Assembly (NCBI GenBank): GCA_965223705.1
Contig: OZ245015.1
Coordinates: 384,001 to 448,000 of the forward strand
Direction of reading: 5' to 3'
Source of the DNA: Myxococcota bacterium
GTDB lineage: Bacteria; Myxococcota_A; UBA9160; UBA6930
Length of the DNA: 64,000 nt
Shown: one piece after another, positions 8,265 through 18,062 of the stretch
Position numbering within the stretch: the first letter of the stretch is position 1
Layout: each line of letters begins with the position of its first letter
Notes under the pieces: generated by a model
Database searches by the model: none
What the model was told of the DNA's origin: nothing
Seen by the model: only the letters and a program-made list of their open reading frames with translations
Made by a program: the position numbers and the translations under genes

Positions 8265-10512
8265 CGTCCGGGTCTCGGCGAGGCAGGCGGACGCGTGGGA
8301 AGGCGCCGAGGCCGAGGTCGCCGATGGACCCTTGCAGCACGAGCTCGATCGGCAGAATGGATTCGCGACCGCGAACCAAACCGAACTTCTCCTGCACGCC
8401 CTCGTAGACGTAACTCGAGCGTGCCCTCGGGCGCATGTCCGCGTAGTGCGTCAGGCCGAGACGCGCGCGCTCGAAATAGCGGTCGCGATCGGCGTCGTGC
8501 TCGTATTGGAGGTCCGGGTCGGTGAGCGCGAGCCGTCGCGAGGTTTCGTCGAGCGTGGCGACGAAGCGCGCCAAGCGCTCTTCGCCGATCGCCTCGCGGC
8601 GGGTTTCGGGTTCGCCGCTGTCGCCCCCTTTCGGTGTGGCGTAGGAAATTTCGAGCACGCGCCCGCCGAGCATCGCGATGCCCTCGGGGTGGAGTTCACC
8701 GTTGGATTTGCGGCCGTCGATGAGTTCCGGACGCAGTCCGAGACCGCGAGGACCGACGACTTCCGGATTCTCCCGCAGGAAGTCCCGCGACAATCGGATC
8801 TCTTGAGGCGAGGTGTCGGCGAGCTCTTCACGCAACGCCTGGCCGGCTTCCTCGCCGCCCTCGGTGTCCGCGAAGTTTTTCGCCGCCCGCGACAACATGG
8901 CGTGCCGAAGCTCGGTCTCTTCGTAACCGAGAGCGTTGTCAAACGCCTGCTTTCCCGCCTTCTCGCGCAGTTCGGCGAGGTCCGCGGCGGGGCGTCCGCG
9001 CTTCTCGGCGATTCGCAAGGCTCCGACGTAGTTTCCGCGGCTGTGTTCGTACTTCTCGAGCCACGCGGAAACCTCATCGGCGTGCTCACCTCCCGGGTAC
9101 TTCTCGAGATACATCTCGGCGAAGACCGCCGGCGATCTACGCTTGGGTCGCACCCATGGAAACTGGATCAGGCGGCCGGGGAAGTTCGTGACGACCTGTG
9201 GGACGCTCGGCAACTCGATGGCCCACTCGAGAGCGCGCGGCAGATCGCGATCCCGCGCGCCTTTCGCCAGGTGCCCGAAGAAGAGCCAGCGCGCTTGGTC
9301 GCTCCGCTGTGTTCGCAGCGCCGCGCGATGGGCGGCCAGGGGGTTCTGATCGGGGCTACTCCACGCAACCGCGGCGTGGCGCGCCATGTTCGAGTCTTCG
9401 TCGGCCTCCTCGCCGAGCTTTCGGAGTGACTTCCACGCCGCGTCGTCTTCCCCCGCTTCGGAGGCGGCGAGTGCTTCTGCGAACGCGGCTTCATCGGCGA
9501 GCTCGGGCACCGCTTCGCGGAGGCGGATCGCCTCGCCAGCGATGTCTCCCGCTCCGAGGAGGGCCAAGGTCAAGCGCCGGCTGGCCTCCAATCGGTCGAG
9601 GGCCAAGTGCGCCGTCGCTTCGAGGCTGCGCGCCCTTTCGGCGTTCTCGAGCAGGGCCTGGGCTTTCGCCTCTTCGAGGACGCGGCTCGCCTCGGGGTCT
9701 TCCGCGGCGTAGCGCAGGGTGCGTTCCGCCAGCGCAACGGCCAGTTGCGCCTCTCCACGGTCGAGAGCTTCTTCCGCGAGTTTCAGGTTCTTCTGGCGCT
9801 GCGTCTCGTACCAGCGCCGTTGATTTCGTTCGATGCGCGGAATGAGTTCGAGCGCCCGCGGGTCGTCGGGGTTCGCCTCGACGAACTCCTTCCACTCGTG
9901 AAGCGCCATGCGTTCTTCCGGCGAGAGTGAGTCGCGCACGTGCTCCCGCACGCCGACGCGGACGAGCGCCTGGAGCACGCGGATCGGAAGCAGGTTGCCC
10001 GTCGCGATCGACCGCCCGACGGGCTCCACCAAGCTGTTCGCCGCTCCGCCGAAACGTCGCATTCGCGCGTCGCGTAGGTGCCGGTCCGCGTGCCGGAGCG
10101 GATCGCGCGCGACCTCTCTTTCAAGACGGCGGCGTTGGGTCTCCGCGAGGTCGTCCCGCGCCAGCAGTTCCCGCGCTTCGTCGCGGAAGTCGGCGCCCGA
10201 CTGTTGCAGCGTGGCGTGGAGTTCGGTTGCAAAAGGCACCAGTCCCGTGGGCGCTTCCCCTTCCTCGCTCCGCAGCGTTTCCGCCTCGCGCAGAGCTTCG
10301 AGCGCACGCTCCGTACCCTCCGTGTCGGAGATGAGCGCGTGTGCGGCGATCGAGGCCGCAAGCGCTTCTTCGGGTTCGGGCAATTGCGCGGGCCGCGCGC
10401 CGAGGGGGACGAGTGCCGTCGCCGGAGGCTCGTCCGGAGTGCTCGCGCAAGCCATCGACAGCATGGCGACCAGCAACGAAGCGAAAGCCCGTCTAACGGC
10501 TGAAGCGGTCAC
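8248..10512 (-). CDS. Large hypothetical helical (TPR-like) lipoprotein, 754 aa
   Basis: Signal peptide LLVAMLSMAC; long Ala/Glu/Arg-rich helical segments; no recognised catalytic motif. Confidence 0.7.
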   Translation of the reverse strand: MTASAVRRAFASLLVAMLSMACASTPDEPPATALVPLGARPAQLPEPEEALAASIAAHALISDTEGTERALEALREAETLRSEEGEAPTGLVPFATELHATLQQSGADFRDEARELLARDDLAETQRRRLEREVARDPLRHADRHLRDARMRRFGGAANSLVEPVGRSIATGNLLPIRVLQALVRVGVREHVRDSLSPEERMALHEWKEFVEANPDDPRALELIPRIERNQRRWYETQRQKNLKLAEEALDRGEAQLAVALAERTLRYAAEDPEASRVLEEAKAQALLENAERARSLEATAHLALDRLEASRRLTLALLGAGDIAGEAIRLREAVPELADEAAFAEALAASEAGEDDAAWKSLRKLGEEADEDSNMARHAAVAWSSPDQNPLAAHRAALRTQRSDQARWLFFGHLAKGARDRDLPRALEWAIELPSVPQVVTNFPGRLIQFPWVRPKRRSPAVFAEMYLEKYPGGEHADEVSAWLEKYEHSRGNYVGALRIAEKRGRPAADLAELREKAGKQAFDNALGYEETELRHAMLSRAAKNFADTEGGEEAGQALREELADTSPQEIRLSRDFLRENPEVVGPRGLGLRPELIDGRKSNGELHPEGIAMLGGRVLEISYATPKGGDSGEPETRREAIGEERLARFVATLDETSRRLALTDPDLQYEHDADRDRYFERARLGLTHYADMRPRARSSYVYEGVQEKFGLVRGRESILPIELVLQGSIGDLGLGAFPRVRLPRRDPDVILYR

Positions 10513-11452
10513 GGTCCACTCGTAGTGTGAAGGCGAGGAATCCCTCGAGTCGCTGTGCGGCTTCGATGCGCTCGGTCGCGCCGTCCTGGTTCGCCACGGC
10601 TTCGTAAAGACGCGCCGCCGAACTCACCAGTTCTTCGAAAGCCGGCGGATCGAAGCGCAGGCTCTCGGGCGGGTGCTTGGCGATGTACTCCTCGGCGAGA
10701 CCCGCGTAGAAATCCGCGAGCGCCAGCATGTGCCGATTGCGGTTCTTGCTGTCCCGATGCTCCATCACCAGCTGCTGGTGTGCCGCCAGCGCGCGTACGT
10801 CCCCGTCGGGCGAAAGTTTTCGCGTGTCGCTCAAGTAGCGGGCGCGCGCGAGATCGGTGTGCTCGAGCTCTTCGCGCAAGATGGCTTCGTAGTGTGTGCC
10901 GGTCACTTCCTGCGAGAGGACTTCGAGGAGCGCCCGGCGACTCGCGAGCGTATCGAGCGGCGTGAGAGGGCCCGTTTCTCCTGCGATACTCATGGCGATC
11001 GGTGTGCTCGCGCCGGGTTCCGGAACCAGCGTCGCCGCCTCCGCGAACGCGTCGCAGAGCGCCGCGTTGTGACGCGCTTCGTCCTGAAGCGGTCCCGCGT
11101 AGCGGGACGCGAGCCGGTACTGCTCGGCCGCGAGGTCGAAGGCCCGCAGCCGCTCGAGGGCGCGCGCTTTCGCGAAGGCGATGACGTCCGAGAAATGGCC
11201 CGCACGGAGTGCGTCGCCGTGTGCCGCTTCCAAGTTCTCGAGTCGCAACAGCGAGGCGCGGTAGACGTTGCGCCCGGTGAAGTCGCGGGCCGGCGCGAAG
11301 CGGTAGGTATCGTCGGCGACGTGGCGCCGCAGAACGGCGACGATCTCGAGCACGTTTTCCGCGGGGCGATACCGCGGATCCGGCGGAGGCGTCCGTCCGC
11401 AGCCGAAGACTGGCAGAAGCAGCAAAAACGCGACGAATCTCGTCGCGTTCAT
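10493..11452 (-). CDS. Hypothetical helical lipoprotein, 319 aa
   Basis: Lipobox-like LLLPVFGC; TPR-like helices; overlaps both neighbours. Confidence 0.7.
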   Translation of the reverse strand: MNATRFVAFLLLLPVFGCGRTPPPDPRYRPAENVLEIVAVLRRHVADDTYRFAPARDFTGRNVYRASLLRLENLEAAHGDALRAGHFSDVIAFAKARALERLRAFDLAAEQYRLASRYAGPLQDEARHNAALCDAFAEAATLVPEPGASTPIAMSIAGETGPLTPLDTLASRRALLEVLSQEVTGTHYEAILREELEHTDLARARYLSDTRKLSPDGDVRALAAHQQLVMEHRDSKNRNRHMLALADFYAGLAEEYIAKHPPESLRFDPPAFEELVSSAARLYEAVANQDGATERIEAAQRLEGFLAFTLRVDRDRFSR

Positions 11453-13068
11453 CGCGTGGGCTTCCGGCGACGCGGTTTCGAGCCGGAGCTCGCCGCGACT
11501 TCGTTGAGCATTTTCTCCGTCGCAATGACCGCCGCCGCCATCTGATCCGAATCCACGCCCTGGGTCACGAGATTCCCGTCTTCGGGATGGCTACCCACCC
11601 AGCTGATCACGGTTTCGACAAGTGCGTGGGTGCGGCCTCCGGGGGGGATGCGCACCCGGAAGTCTGCGAGACGTGGAACGGAGATCTTGAAGCTCTTGAG
11701 CGCCTTCTTCGTCGCGTTCATGAACGCGTCGTAGCCGCCGTCGCCCTCGGCTTTCGCGGTCGATGTGCGACCTCGAAACGCGATCGTCACCGTCGCCGTG
11801 GGCACACTGTCATGACCGACGACCACTTCGTAGTCGCTCACGCGAATGAGCTGCTCGCTCGGAGTTTTCAGAACGTCGGCGATGATGAAACGCAGATCCT
11901 CGGGGACGACGGTGTGTTTCTTGTCCCCGAGCTCGATGATCCGCCGCAGGAGCGTTTCGCGCACGTCGTCCGGAAGCTCGATGCCCAAGTGCGCGAGATT
12001 CTGGTCGAGGGAAGCGCGGCCCGAAAGTTTTCCCAACGCGTAGCGGCGCTTGCGCCCGAACCGGGCGGGCAGCAAACGGCTCGCGTAGAGATCGCCCTTC
12101 GCGTCTCCATCGGCGTGAATCCCTGCCGTTTGCGTGAACACGTCGCGACCGACGATCGGAGCGTTCGCGGAGACCTCTTTGCCGCAGAACGTCTCGACCA
12201 ACCGCGAAGCCGCGACCAGCCGATCTTCATTCACGCCAGTCCGGTAGGGGGTGTGATCGTGCATGGCGGCCACGACTTCGACGAGCTTCGAGTTTCCTGC
12301 GCGCTCGCCCATGCCGTTTACGCTGGTGTGGATGCCGCGCGCGCCGGCCGCGACGGCCGCGAGACAATTCGCCGTGGCGAGCCCGTAGTCATTGTGGCCG
12401 TGGTACTCCATATGGAGATCGGGCCAGGTCCGGGTCATCAGCGAGACGAAGCGCGTGACCGCCGCCGGATCTTGGATGCCCAGCGTGTCGGGGAGGTAGA
12501 CGCGATCGACGCTGTGCTCGCGAAGGGTCTTCATCATCGCGAACACGTAATCGAACGAGTCGCGTACGCCATTCGACCAATCTTCCAAGTAGACGTTCAC
12601 GTGGAGCCGCCGCTTGCGCGCGTAGGCGATGGTATCTGCGACGCGCGCTCGGTGTTTCTCCGGCGTCATTCCGAGCTGGGTCCGGCAGTGCTTCTCCGAA
12701 CCTTTCGTCAGGAGGTTGATGACGCGGCCGCCGACGCCGTGAATCCAGTCGACAGAGGCCTTGCCGTCGCTGTAGCCCAGGATTTCGATGCTCCGCAGCC
12801 GCTTCGTCCGCCGGGCCCAACCGGCGATGCGCCGCGCGGCTTCGCGCTCGCCTTCGGAAACGCGAGAGCTGGCGATCTCGATGCGGTCGACCTCGACGTC
12901 TTCGAGCAGGAACCGCGCGAGCTGCAATTTTTCCGCCGGCGTGTAGGAGATATCCGGCGTCTGTTCGCCATCGCGCAGGGTCGTATCCATGACCTCGATG
13001 GGGGTCGTCGCGGAGACGGTCTTGCGCTTTTGGCGGGCGGAGGAAGTTGTCTTCGGGCGTTGGGCCAT
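11449..13068 (-). CDS. cimA: (R)-citramalate synthase / isopropylmalate-synthase family (DRE-TIM plus regulatory domain)
   Basis: MDTTLRDGEQT, HGHNDYGLA, NGMGERAGN, FTQTAGIHADGD, C-terminal GDGGYDAF regulatory domain. Confidence 0.8.
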   Translation of the reverse strand: MAQRPKTTSSARQKRKTVSATTPIEVMDTTLRDGEQTPDISYTPAEKLQLARFLLEDVEVDRIEIASSRVSEGEREAARRIAGWARRTKRLRSIEILGYSDGKASVDWIHGVGGRVINLLTKGSEKHCRTQLGMTPEKHRARVADTIAYARKRRLHVNVYLEDWSNGVRDSFDYVFAMMKTLREHSVDRVYLPDTLGIQDPAAVTRFVSLMTRTWPDLHMEYHGHNDYGLATANCLAAVAAGARGIHTSVNGMGERAGNSKLVEVVAAMHDHTPYRTGVNEDRLVAASRLVETFCGKEVSANAPIVGRDVFTQTAGIHADGDAKGDLYASRLLPARFGRKRRYALGKLSGRASLDQNLAHLGIELPDDVRETLLRRIIELGDKKHTVVPEDLRFIIADVLKTPSEQLIRVSDYEVVVGHDSVPTATVTIAFRGRTSTAKAEGDGGYDAFMNATKKALKSFKISVPRLADFRVRIPPGGRTHALVETVISWVGSHPEDGNLVTQGVDSDQMAAAVIATEKMLNEVAASSGSKPRRRKPTR

Positions 13069-13138
13069 GGTTGTCCTGGGGGGATCTGCGACGGTATCCA
13101 GGGCATCTTACCTGTCAAGCGCCGGCTATGATTCCCAC

Positions 13139-14023
13139 ATGAGCGGGCCGCTACAGCGCGCGGACGTTGCCCTCGCAGCAGCGCTCAAGACTTCGCGGGC
13201 GGAAGCGCGCCGCATTCTCGAGCGCGGACCGGTCGAGCTCGATGGAAAGACCCGTCGATTGCGGAAAGGCGCCATGGTTCCCCGCGGCGCGCGCCTGCGG
13301 GCACCCGATTACCGGCCTCCGAGCGAGTGGATCCCCACGCCCGATCCGGACCTCCCTCTCGAGGTCCTCTCGCGTGGCGCGGGCTGGATCGCCGTCGACA
13401 AACCCGCGGGCGTGGCCGTACATCCCCGCGAGGAAAACGAGCGCGGAACGCTCCTCAACGCGGTGGTCGCGCGGGAGCCCGAAATCGTCGGTGTGGGCGA
13501 GGGCGGCCTGCGGAGCGGAGTGCTCCATCGCCTCGATGGGTTGACCTCTGGAGTCGTCCTATTCGCCACGGAGAATGGGTCTTTTTCGCTACTTCGAGAC
13601 GCCTTTTCCAAACATCTCCTCGACAAGCGCTACCGAGCGTGGGTTGCCGGCCAGATCGATTCTCCGAGGCGGGTCGAGCTCCCGCTCCGGATGGCCGCGC
13701 ATCATCCGGCCCGGGTGCGGGTCGCCGACGACCCGGGAGAACCGGGCGCTCGGTTGACGCGCCTGCGCTTTCGCCCGTTGCGTACGCTGGGAGAGGCGAC
13801 GGAACTCGAAATCGAGCTCGAGACAGGCCACCTCCATCAAGTGCGCGTCACGCTTGCGCACCTGGGGCACCCCGTCCTCGGCGATCCCGTCTACGGCACC
13901 GCGGACGGCGCACCGCGCCTCATGCTCCATGCGGCGAGCGTCACGTGGCCAGGTCTGGACGTGCACGCCGAAAGTCCGCTTCCCCGAGAATTCCGAGATG
14001 GGCAGCGGCTGTGCGCGCGGTAG
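13139..14023 (+). CDS. RluA-family RNA pseudouridine synthase with N-terminal S4-like domain
   Basis: VDKPAG, LHRLDGLTSG, LETGHLHQVRV, HPVLGDPVY, LMLHA. Confidence 0.9.
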   Translation: MSGPLQRADVALAAALKTSRAEARRILERGPVELDGKTRRLRKGAMVPRGARLRAPDYRPPSEWIPTPDPDLPLEVLSRGAGWIAVDKPAGVAVHPREENERGTLLNAVVAREPEIVGVGEGGLRSGVLHRLDGLTSGVVLFATENGSFSLLRDAFSKHLLDKRYRAWVAGQIDSPRRVELPLRMAAHHPARVRVADDPGEPGARLTRLRFRPLRTLGEATELEIELETGHLHQVRVTLAHLGHPVLGDPVYGTADGAPRLMLHAASVTWPGLDVHAESPLPREFRDGQRLCAR

Positions 14024-14559
14024 TCCTCACCGCGTCCGAGACGCTTCAGACCCAGCGGGCGGCAGGTTTTCTGGTCGAGGGTCTACGCGGGGGCCTGCCC
14101 TCGGATGCACAGACCGCGTGCTTCGACTGCGAGGAGGCGGATCCCGAGGAGTTGGCGCGCTCGGACGTTCTTGTTCTCGGTACGCCCGTTCACATGGCGG
14201 GCCCTGCGGCGAGCCTGCGTCGTTTTTTCGAGCGAACTGCACCGCTCTGGCTAGCCGGGACGGTGCGCGGAAAGGTCGGCGCCGCGTTTGTCACCGCGGG
14301 CCGGGGCGGGCTCGGCGGGGCGGAGTTCACCCTCATCGCCCTCCACGCATTCCTCGCGGAGCACGGCTATTTGCTCGTGACGATGCCTCGGGGCATCCCG
14401 GGCTTCGCCGAAGTCGGTTGTCACTGGGGGCCGATCGTCGAGACAGGGATCGGGCAGGCGGAACTCAGCGAGGGAAGTCGCGCGGGCTTGCGATCCCACG
14501 GCGAGCATATCGCCGCGGTCGCTCGGCAAATGGCGACCGGCACCGCGGCGGGCGCCTAG
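14011..14559 (+). CDS. Flavodoxin-like NAD(P)H-dependent oxidoreductase (WrbA-like)
   Basis: VLVLGTPVHMAG, GKVGAAFVTAG...GGAEFTL; GTG start inferred. Confidence 0.75.
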   Translation: MRAVVLTASETLQTQRAAGFLVEGLRGGLPSDAQTACFDCEEADPEELARSDVLVLGTPVHMAGPAASLRRFFERTAPLWLAGTVRGKVGAAFVTAGRGGLGGAEFTLIALHAFLAEHGYLLVTMPRGIPGFAEVGCHWGPIVETGIGQAELSEGSRAGLRSHGEHIAAVARQMATGTAAGA

Positions 14560-14879
14560 TTCTCGCGTTCCATCGTGAGACGCATCGCCAAGGCCTTCTC
14601 GTCTTCGGCCTCTGGGATCATTCCCTTCTTTTGATAGAAGATCGAGAGACTGGTGTGACCCAGGGGCTCGTCGGGCTCGAGCTCGACCAGCTTGCGCCCC
14701 GCCTCGAGCGCACCGTCGATATCCCCCAGACGATCGAGGGACATGGCGAGCCCGTTCCAGGCGATCGCCAGCTCGGGGTCGCTCTCCACGGCGGCGCGGT
14801 AGTGGGTGACGGCGTCTTCGTAGTCCCCGGCCAAGAACCGCTCGAAACCGGATTTGTAGTGAGTCTTCGCTTCGGACAC
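14556..14879 (-). CDS. Small TPR protein
   Basis: About three TPR repeats (AVESDPELAIAWNGLAM, ELEPDEPLGHTSLS). Confidence 0.85.
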   Translation of the reverse strand: MSEAKTHYKSGFERFLAGDYEDAVTHYRAAVESDPELAIAWNGLAMSLDRLGDIDGALEAGRKLVELEPDEPLGHTSLSIFYQKKGMIPEAEDEKALAMRLTMEREN

Positions 14880-14946
14880 TTCCCGAGTGTAGCCATCTCC
14901 GGGCCCTGGCTAGACTTTCCCCGGAGCGTTGCTGGCGGAGGGGGAT

Positions 14947-16653
14947 GTGAGAAAGAATTTAGTGCGGATCGCCTTGGTGGTCCTCGTGTTGCTCGGGCTC
15001 GCCACGTGGCTTGGCGGCGGTGGTCCCAAGATCGCCGAGGGAAGCTACGTCCACATCGATGTCGGCGGCTCCTACGTCGAAGCCGCGCAGGCGCCGCTCG
15101 TCTCGCAACTCGTCGCCGGAGGTCCGACGCCTCTGGTCTCGCTCCTGTCGGAATTCGCAAAGGTCGAGCGGGATGAGCGAATCGCCGGGGTCATCCTGCG
15201 CATCGAACCGCTCGAAGTCGGCTGGGGAAAGGCCCAGGAGATCCGAGGTGGCATCGAGCGTTTGCGGGCCAAGGACCGCCGCGTCGTCGCCTACTTGGAG
15301 CTCGAGAAGTTCGGCGCCAACGTCGAGTACTACATCGCGAGTGCCGCGGACGAAGTCATCGTCGCGCCGGGCACGCGGAACCCCTTGGTCGGGCTCGCCG
15401 CCGAGTACTTCTTCTTCGGCGAGTTGTTCGAGCGGATCGGGATCGACGTCGAGTACGAACGCGTCGGCGACTACAAGAGCGCCGTCGAAGCCTTCGCCGA
15501 AGGTGGTATGTCGGAACCCGCCCGCGAAATGGCGGACTGGCTGCTCGATTCGATCGATGAGCAGTTCGTCGCCGGGATCGCCGCTTCGCGCGGTTTGACG
15601 GAAGCCGAGGTGCGCGCGGCGATCGATTCGGCTCCCACTACGCCCGAGGAACTGCGCGCGCTCGGCTTGATCGACGGCACAAACTTCCTCGATGAGATCG
15701 TCGACCGGATCGATGCCGACGTGGTGGCGGCCGAAGACTACCGCGCGGTCGACCCGAGCGACGTCGGTTTCGATCCCGAGGTCCGTGTCGCTCTGATCTA
15801 CGGCTCGGGGCCCGTTGTCACGGGCGAAGGCTCTCGGGGATTCGGCGGTGATCCCCAACTCGCCGCGAAGGTCGTCTCCGACGCGCTCCTCGAAGCTTCG
15901 GAAGCGGACGATATCGACGCCGTCGTCTTGCGCGTCGACAGTCCGGGCGGTTCGGCGTTGGCTTCCGATCTCGTGTGGCGGGCGACGCAGCGCGTACGCG
16001 AAAAGGACATTCCCGTGGTCGCATCGTTCTCCGACGTCGCCGCGTCCGGTGGATACTACGTCGCGGCGGGCGCCGACCGCATCGTCGCGTTGCCCGGGAG
16101 CATCACGGGATCGATCGGCGTGTTCGTGATCCGGCCCGTCCTGCGCGAGTTCTTCGCGAAACTCGACGTCGGCGTCGTCACCGAGACCCGGGGCCGGCAC
16201 GCCGACCTCTTGCTCGCGAGCGAGCCGCTCTCCGACGCGACGCGGCGGCGAATGCGATCCGACGTCGAAAGCGTCTACGAGTCATTCGTCGCCCGGGTCG
16301 CCGAAGGTCGCGGCCTGTCCCGCGAAGAAGTCGACGCGGTGGGTCGAGGGCGCGTCTTTACCGGCGCTCAGGCCGCGGAACGGGGCCTCGTGGACACCCT
16401 GGGAGGCCTGCGCGATGCGGTGGTCGAAGCGAAACGCGCCGCGGGCTTCGACGACGATGCGGACGCGATCCTGATCCCGTATCCCCCGCCGAAGCCCTTC
16501 TTCGAGCAGCTTGCGGACAGCGTCGGCGCGTCCGTGCGAAACGCGGCCGTACTCCCCGGTCTCGAACCCGTCGTGGCGTGGGCCCAGCGCGCAGCTTCCG
16601 TCGGGACGGGCACACCCGTTCTCATGCCGCCGGTTCTGCCGCGGATACGCTGA
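14947..16653 (+). CDS. sppA: Signal peptide peptidase SppA (protease IV, two-domain type)
   Basis: N-terminal TM helix; YYIASAAD, GDYKSAVE, LRVDSPGGS, AASGGYY, ITGSIGV, GRVFTG. Confidence 0.92.
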   Translation: MRKNLVRIALVVLVLLGLATWLGGGGPKIAEGSYVHIDVGGSYVEAAQAPLVSQLVAGGPTPLVSLLSEFAKVERDERIAGVILRIEPLEVGWGKAQEIRGGIERLRAKDRRVVAYLELEKFGANVEYYIASAADEVIVAPGTRNPLVGLAAEYFFFGELFERIGIDVEYERVGDYKSAVEAFAEGGMSEPAREMADWLLDSIDEQFVAGIAASRGLTEAEVRAAIDSAPTTPEELRALGLIDGTNFLDEIVDRIDADVVAAEDYRAVDPSDVGFDPEVRVALIYGSGPVVTGEGSRGFGGDPQLAAKVVSDALLEASEADDIDAVVLRVDSPGGSALASDLVWRATQRVREKDIPVVASFSDVAASGGYYVAAGADRIVALPGSITGSIGVFVIRPVLREFFAKLDVGVVTETRGRHADLLLASEPLSDATRRRMRSDVESVYESFVARVAEGRGLSREEVDAVGRGRVFTGAQAAERGLVDTLGGLRDAVVEAKRAAGFDDDADAILIPYPPPKPFFEQLADSVGASVRNAAVLPGLEPVVAWAQRAASVGTGTPVLMPPVLPRIR

Positions 16654-16664
16654 GGAGAAAGTCG

Positions 16665-17111
16665 GTGCACCTCTCGAAAAAGTTTTCGGTCCAGGCCCAT
16701 CGCGACATCGCCGTGACGGTGATCGATCGGGATGAAACGTTGGTGTCGCTCTTTCCCGACACGGAGACCGAGGTCGTCTCGCGCGAAGGGGATCGCTGCA
16801 CCACGCACTCGAAGTTCCAAGCGATGGGCCAGCCGGCCGAAGCGACGTTCCATTTTCATTTCTTGATGGACGGCAACGTGCGCTTCGAGAAGGTTTGCGA
16901 CGGCAAGGTGTGGCGCGAGTTGCACGGCGAAGTGAGTTTCGAAGAGCTCGGCGACGAGACGGAGATCGAGATTCAGCTCGACGGACGCACCAAGGGCTTC
17001 GTGCCCGAGTTCACGATCAAGGGACCTATGCAGGATCAGCTGCGCGACATGGCGGCGGCCCTCCGCAAATGCATCGAGGAGGCCGCACGTGACGCAACTG
17101 CAGGCCAGTGA
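16665..17111 (+). CDS. SRPBCC/START-like small protein
   Basis: GTG after GAGGAG; beta-rich pattern with a C-terminal helix; family call is tentative. Confidence 0.6.
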   Translation: MHLSKKFSVQAHRDIAVTVIDRDETLVSLFPDTETEVVSREGDRCTTHSKFQAMGQPAEATFHFHFLMDGNVRFEKVCDGKVWRELHGEVSFEELGDETEIEIQLDGRTKGFVPEFTIKGPMQDQLRDMAAALRKCIEEAARDATAGQ

Positions 17112-17919
17112 GCTAGAAGCCAGTGACGGCACGCCGCTCTGGGTGAGCCGCGAAGGGGTCGGAGCGGCGGTCCTCTTTTCCGCGGGGTTCTGTCAGACCG
17201 CGGACAACTTCGCGGGACACGCTCCGGTGCTCGCGGGCGCCGGTTACACGGCGGCTCGTTGGGATTACCGCGGGCACGGTCGATCGGGAACGCCTGACCA
17301 GGCATCCGCTTACAGCATGGGACACGTGCAGGACGATCTCGGACGCGTCATCGAGTGGGCGAGCCCCGACGCACCGGTTGTCCTCGCCGGCTTGTCCTTC
17401 GGCGGGCTCGCGTCGCTCCACTACGCGTTGGCCCACCCCGACCGGGTGCGCGGCTTGGTGCTCATCGCGACAGGTCCGGGCTTCAAGAAAGCGGAGGCGC
17501 AAGCCGCCTGGGAAGCTCAGGTCGGTCGCGTCGCGAAGCGGCTCGACGAAACCGGGTTCGCGGGGTGGACCGAGGGTGCGGCGGCGGCCATGTCGATCGG
17601 TCGGCGGCCGGAGCTCCCGGTCGCCCGCACGGCCGGGGAGACGATCCTCGCCCAGAATCCCATGTCCGTGGCGCACTTCGGTCGTCGCATCGCCGGTCCC
17701 GCGCCCGGCGTGGTCGACGATCTCGCGCGAATCGAGCAGCCGACGCTGATCCTCGTCGGGGCGGAAGACAAGGCGTTTCTCCGCGCCGGTGAAGTGATGG
17801 CGGCCCGCATGCCCAACGCACAGCATCGGGTCATCCCCGACGCCGGTCACTGCTTGAACATCGAGCAGGCCGATCGCTTCCACGAGGAGCTACTCGACTT
17901 TCTCGCGACGCTCCCCTGA
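17089..17919 (+). CDS. Alpha/beta hydrolase
   Basis: WDYRGHGRS, GLSFGG nucleophile, GAED, AGHCLN. Confidence 0.9.
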   Translation: MTQLQASELEASDGTPLWVSREGVGAAVLFSAGFCQTADNFAGHAPVLAGAGYTAARWDYRGHGRSGTPDQASAYSMGHVQDDLGRVIEWASPDAPVVLAGLSFGGLASLHYALAHPDRVRGLVLIATGPGFKKAEAQAAWEAQVGRVAKRLDETGFAGWTEGAAAAMSIGRRPELPVARTAGETILAQNPMSVAHFGRRIAGPAPGVVDDLARIEQPTLILVGAEDKAFLRAGEVMAARMPNAQHRVIPDAGHCLNIEQADRFHEELLDFLATLP

Positions 17920-17932
17920 TCCCCTGCGGGGC

Positions 17933-17958
17933 GCAACCGAACTCGCGCCGGCGGGTTT
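17933..17958 (+). promoter_or_regulatory. Candidate ECF-sigma promoter (GCAACC-N16-GTTT)
   Basis: AAC -35-like and GTT -10-like elements at ECF spacing, about 105 bp upstream of an ECF sigma gene. Confidence 0.3.
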
Positions 17959-18062
17959 GGTGAGAGGAAGGAACGCAAGAGGAGCCGCCACTGCGGGACC
18001 GGACAGCGGCAGGACCTGGTGGAGCTCGCGGCGGCGGCCGAGCCCGGAGAGCGCCCGGCGAG

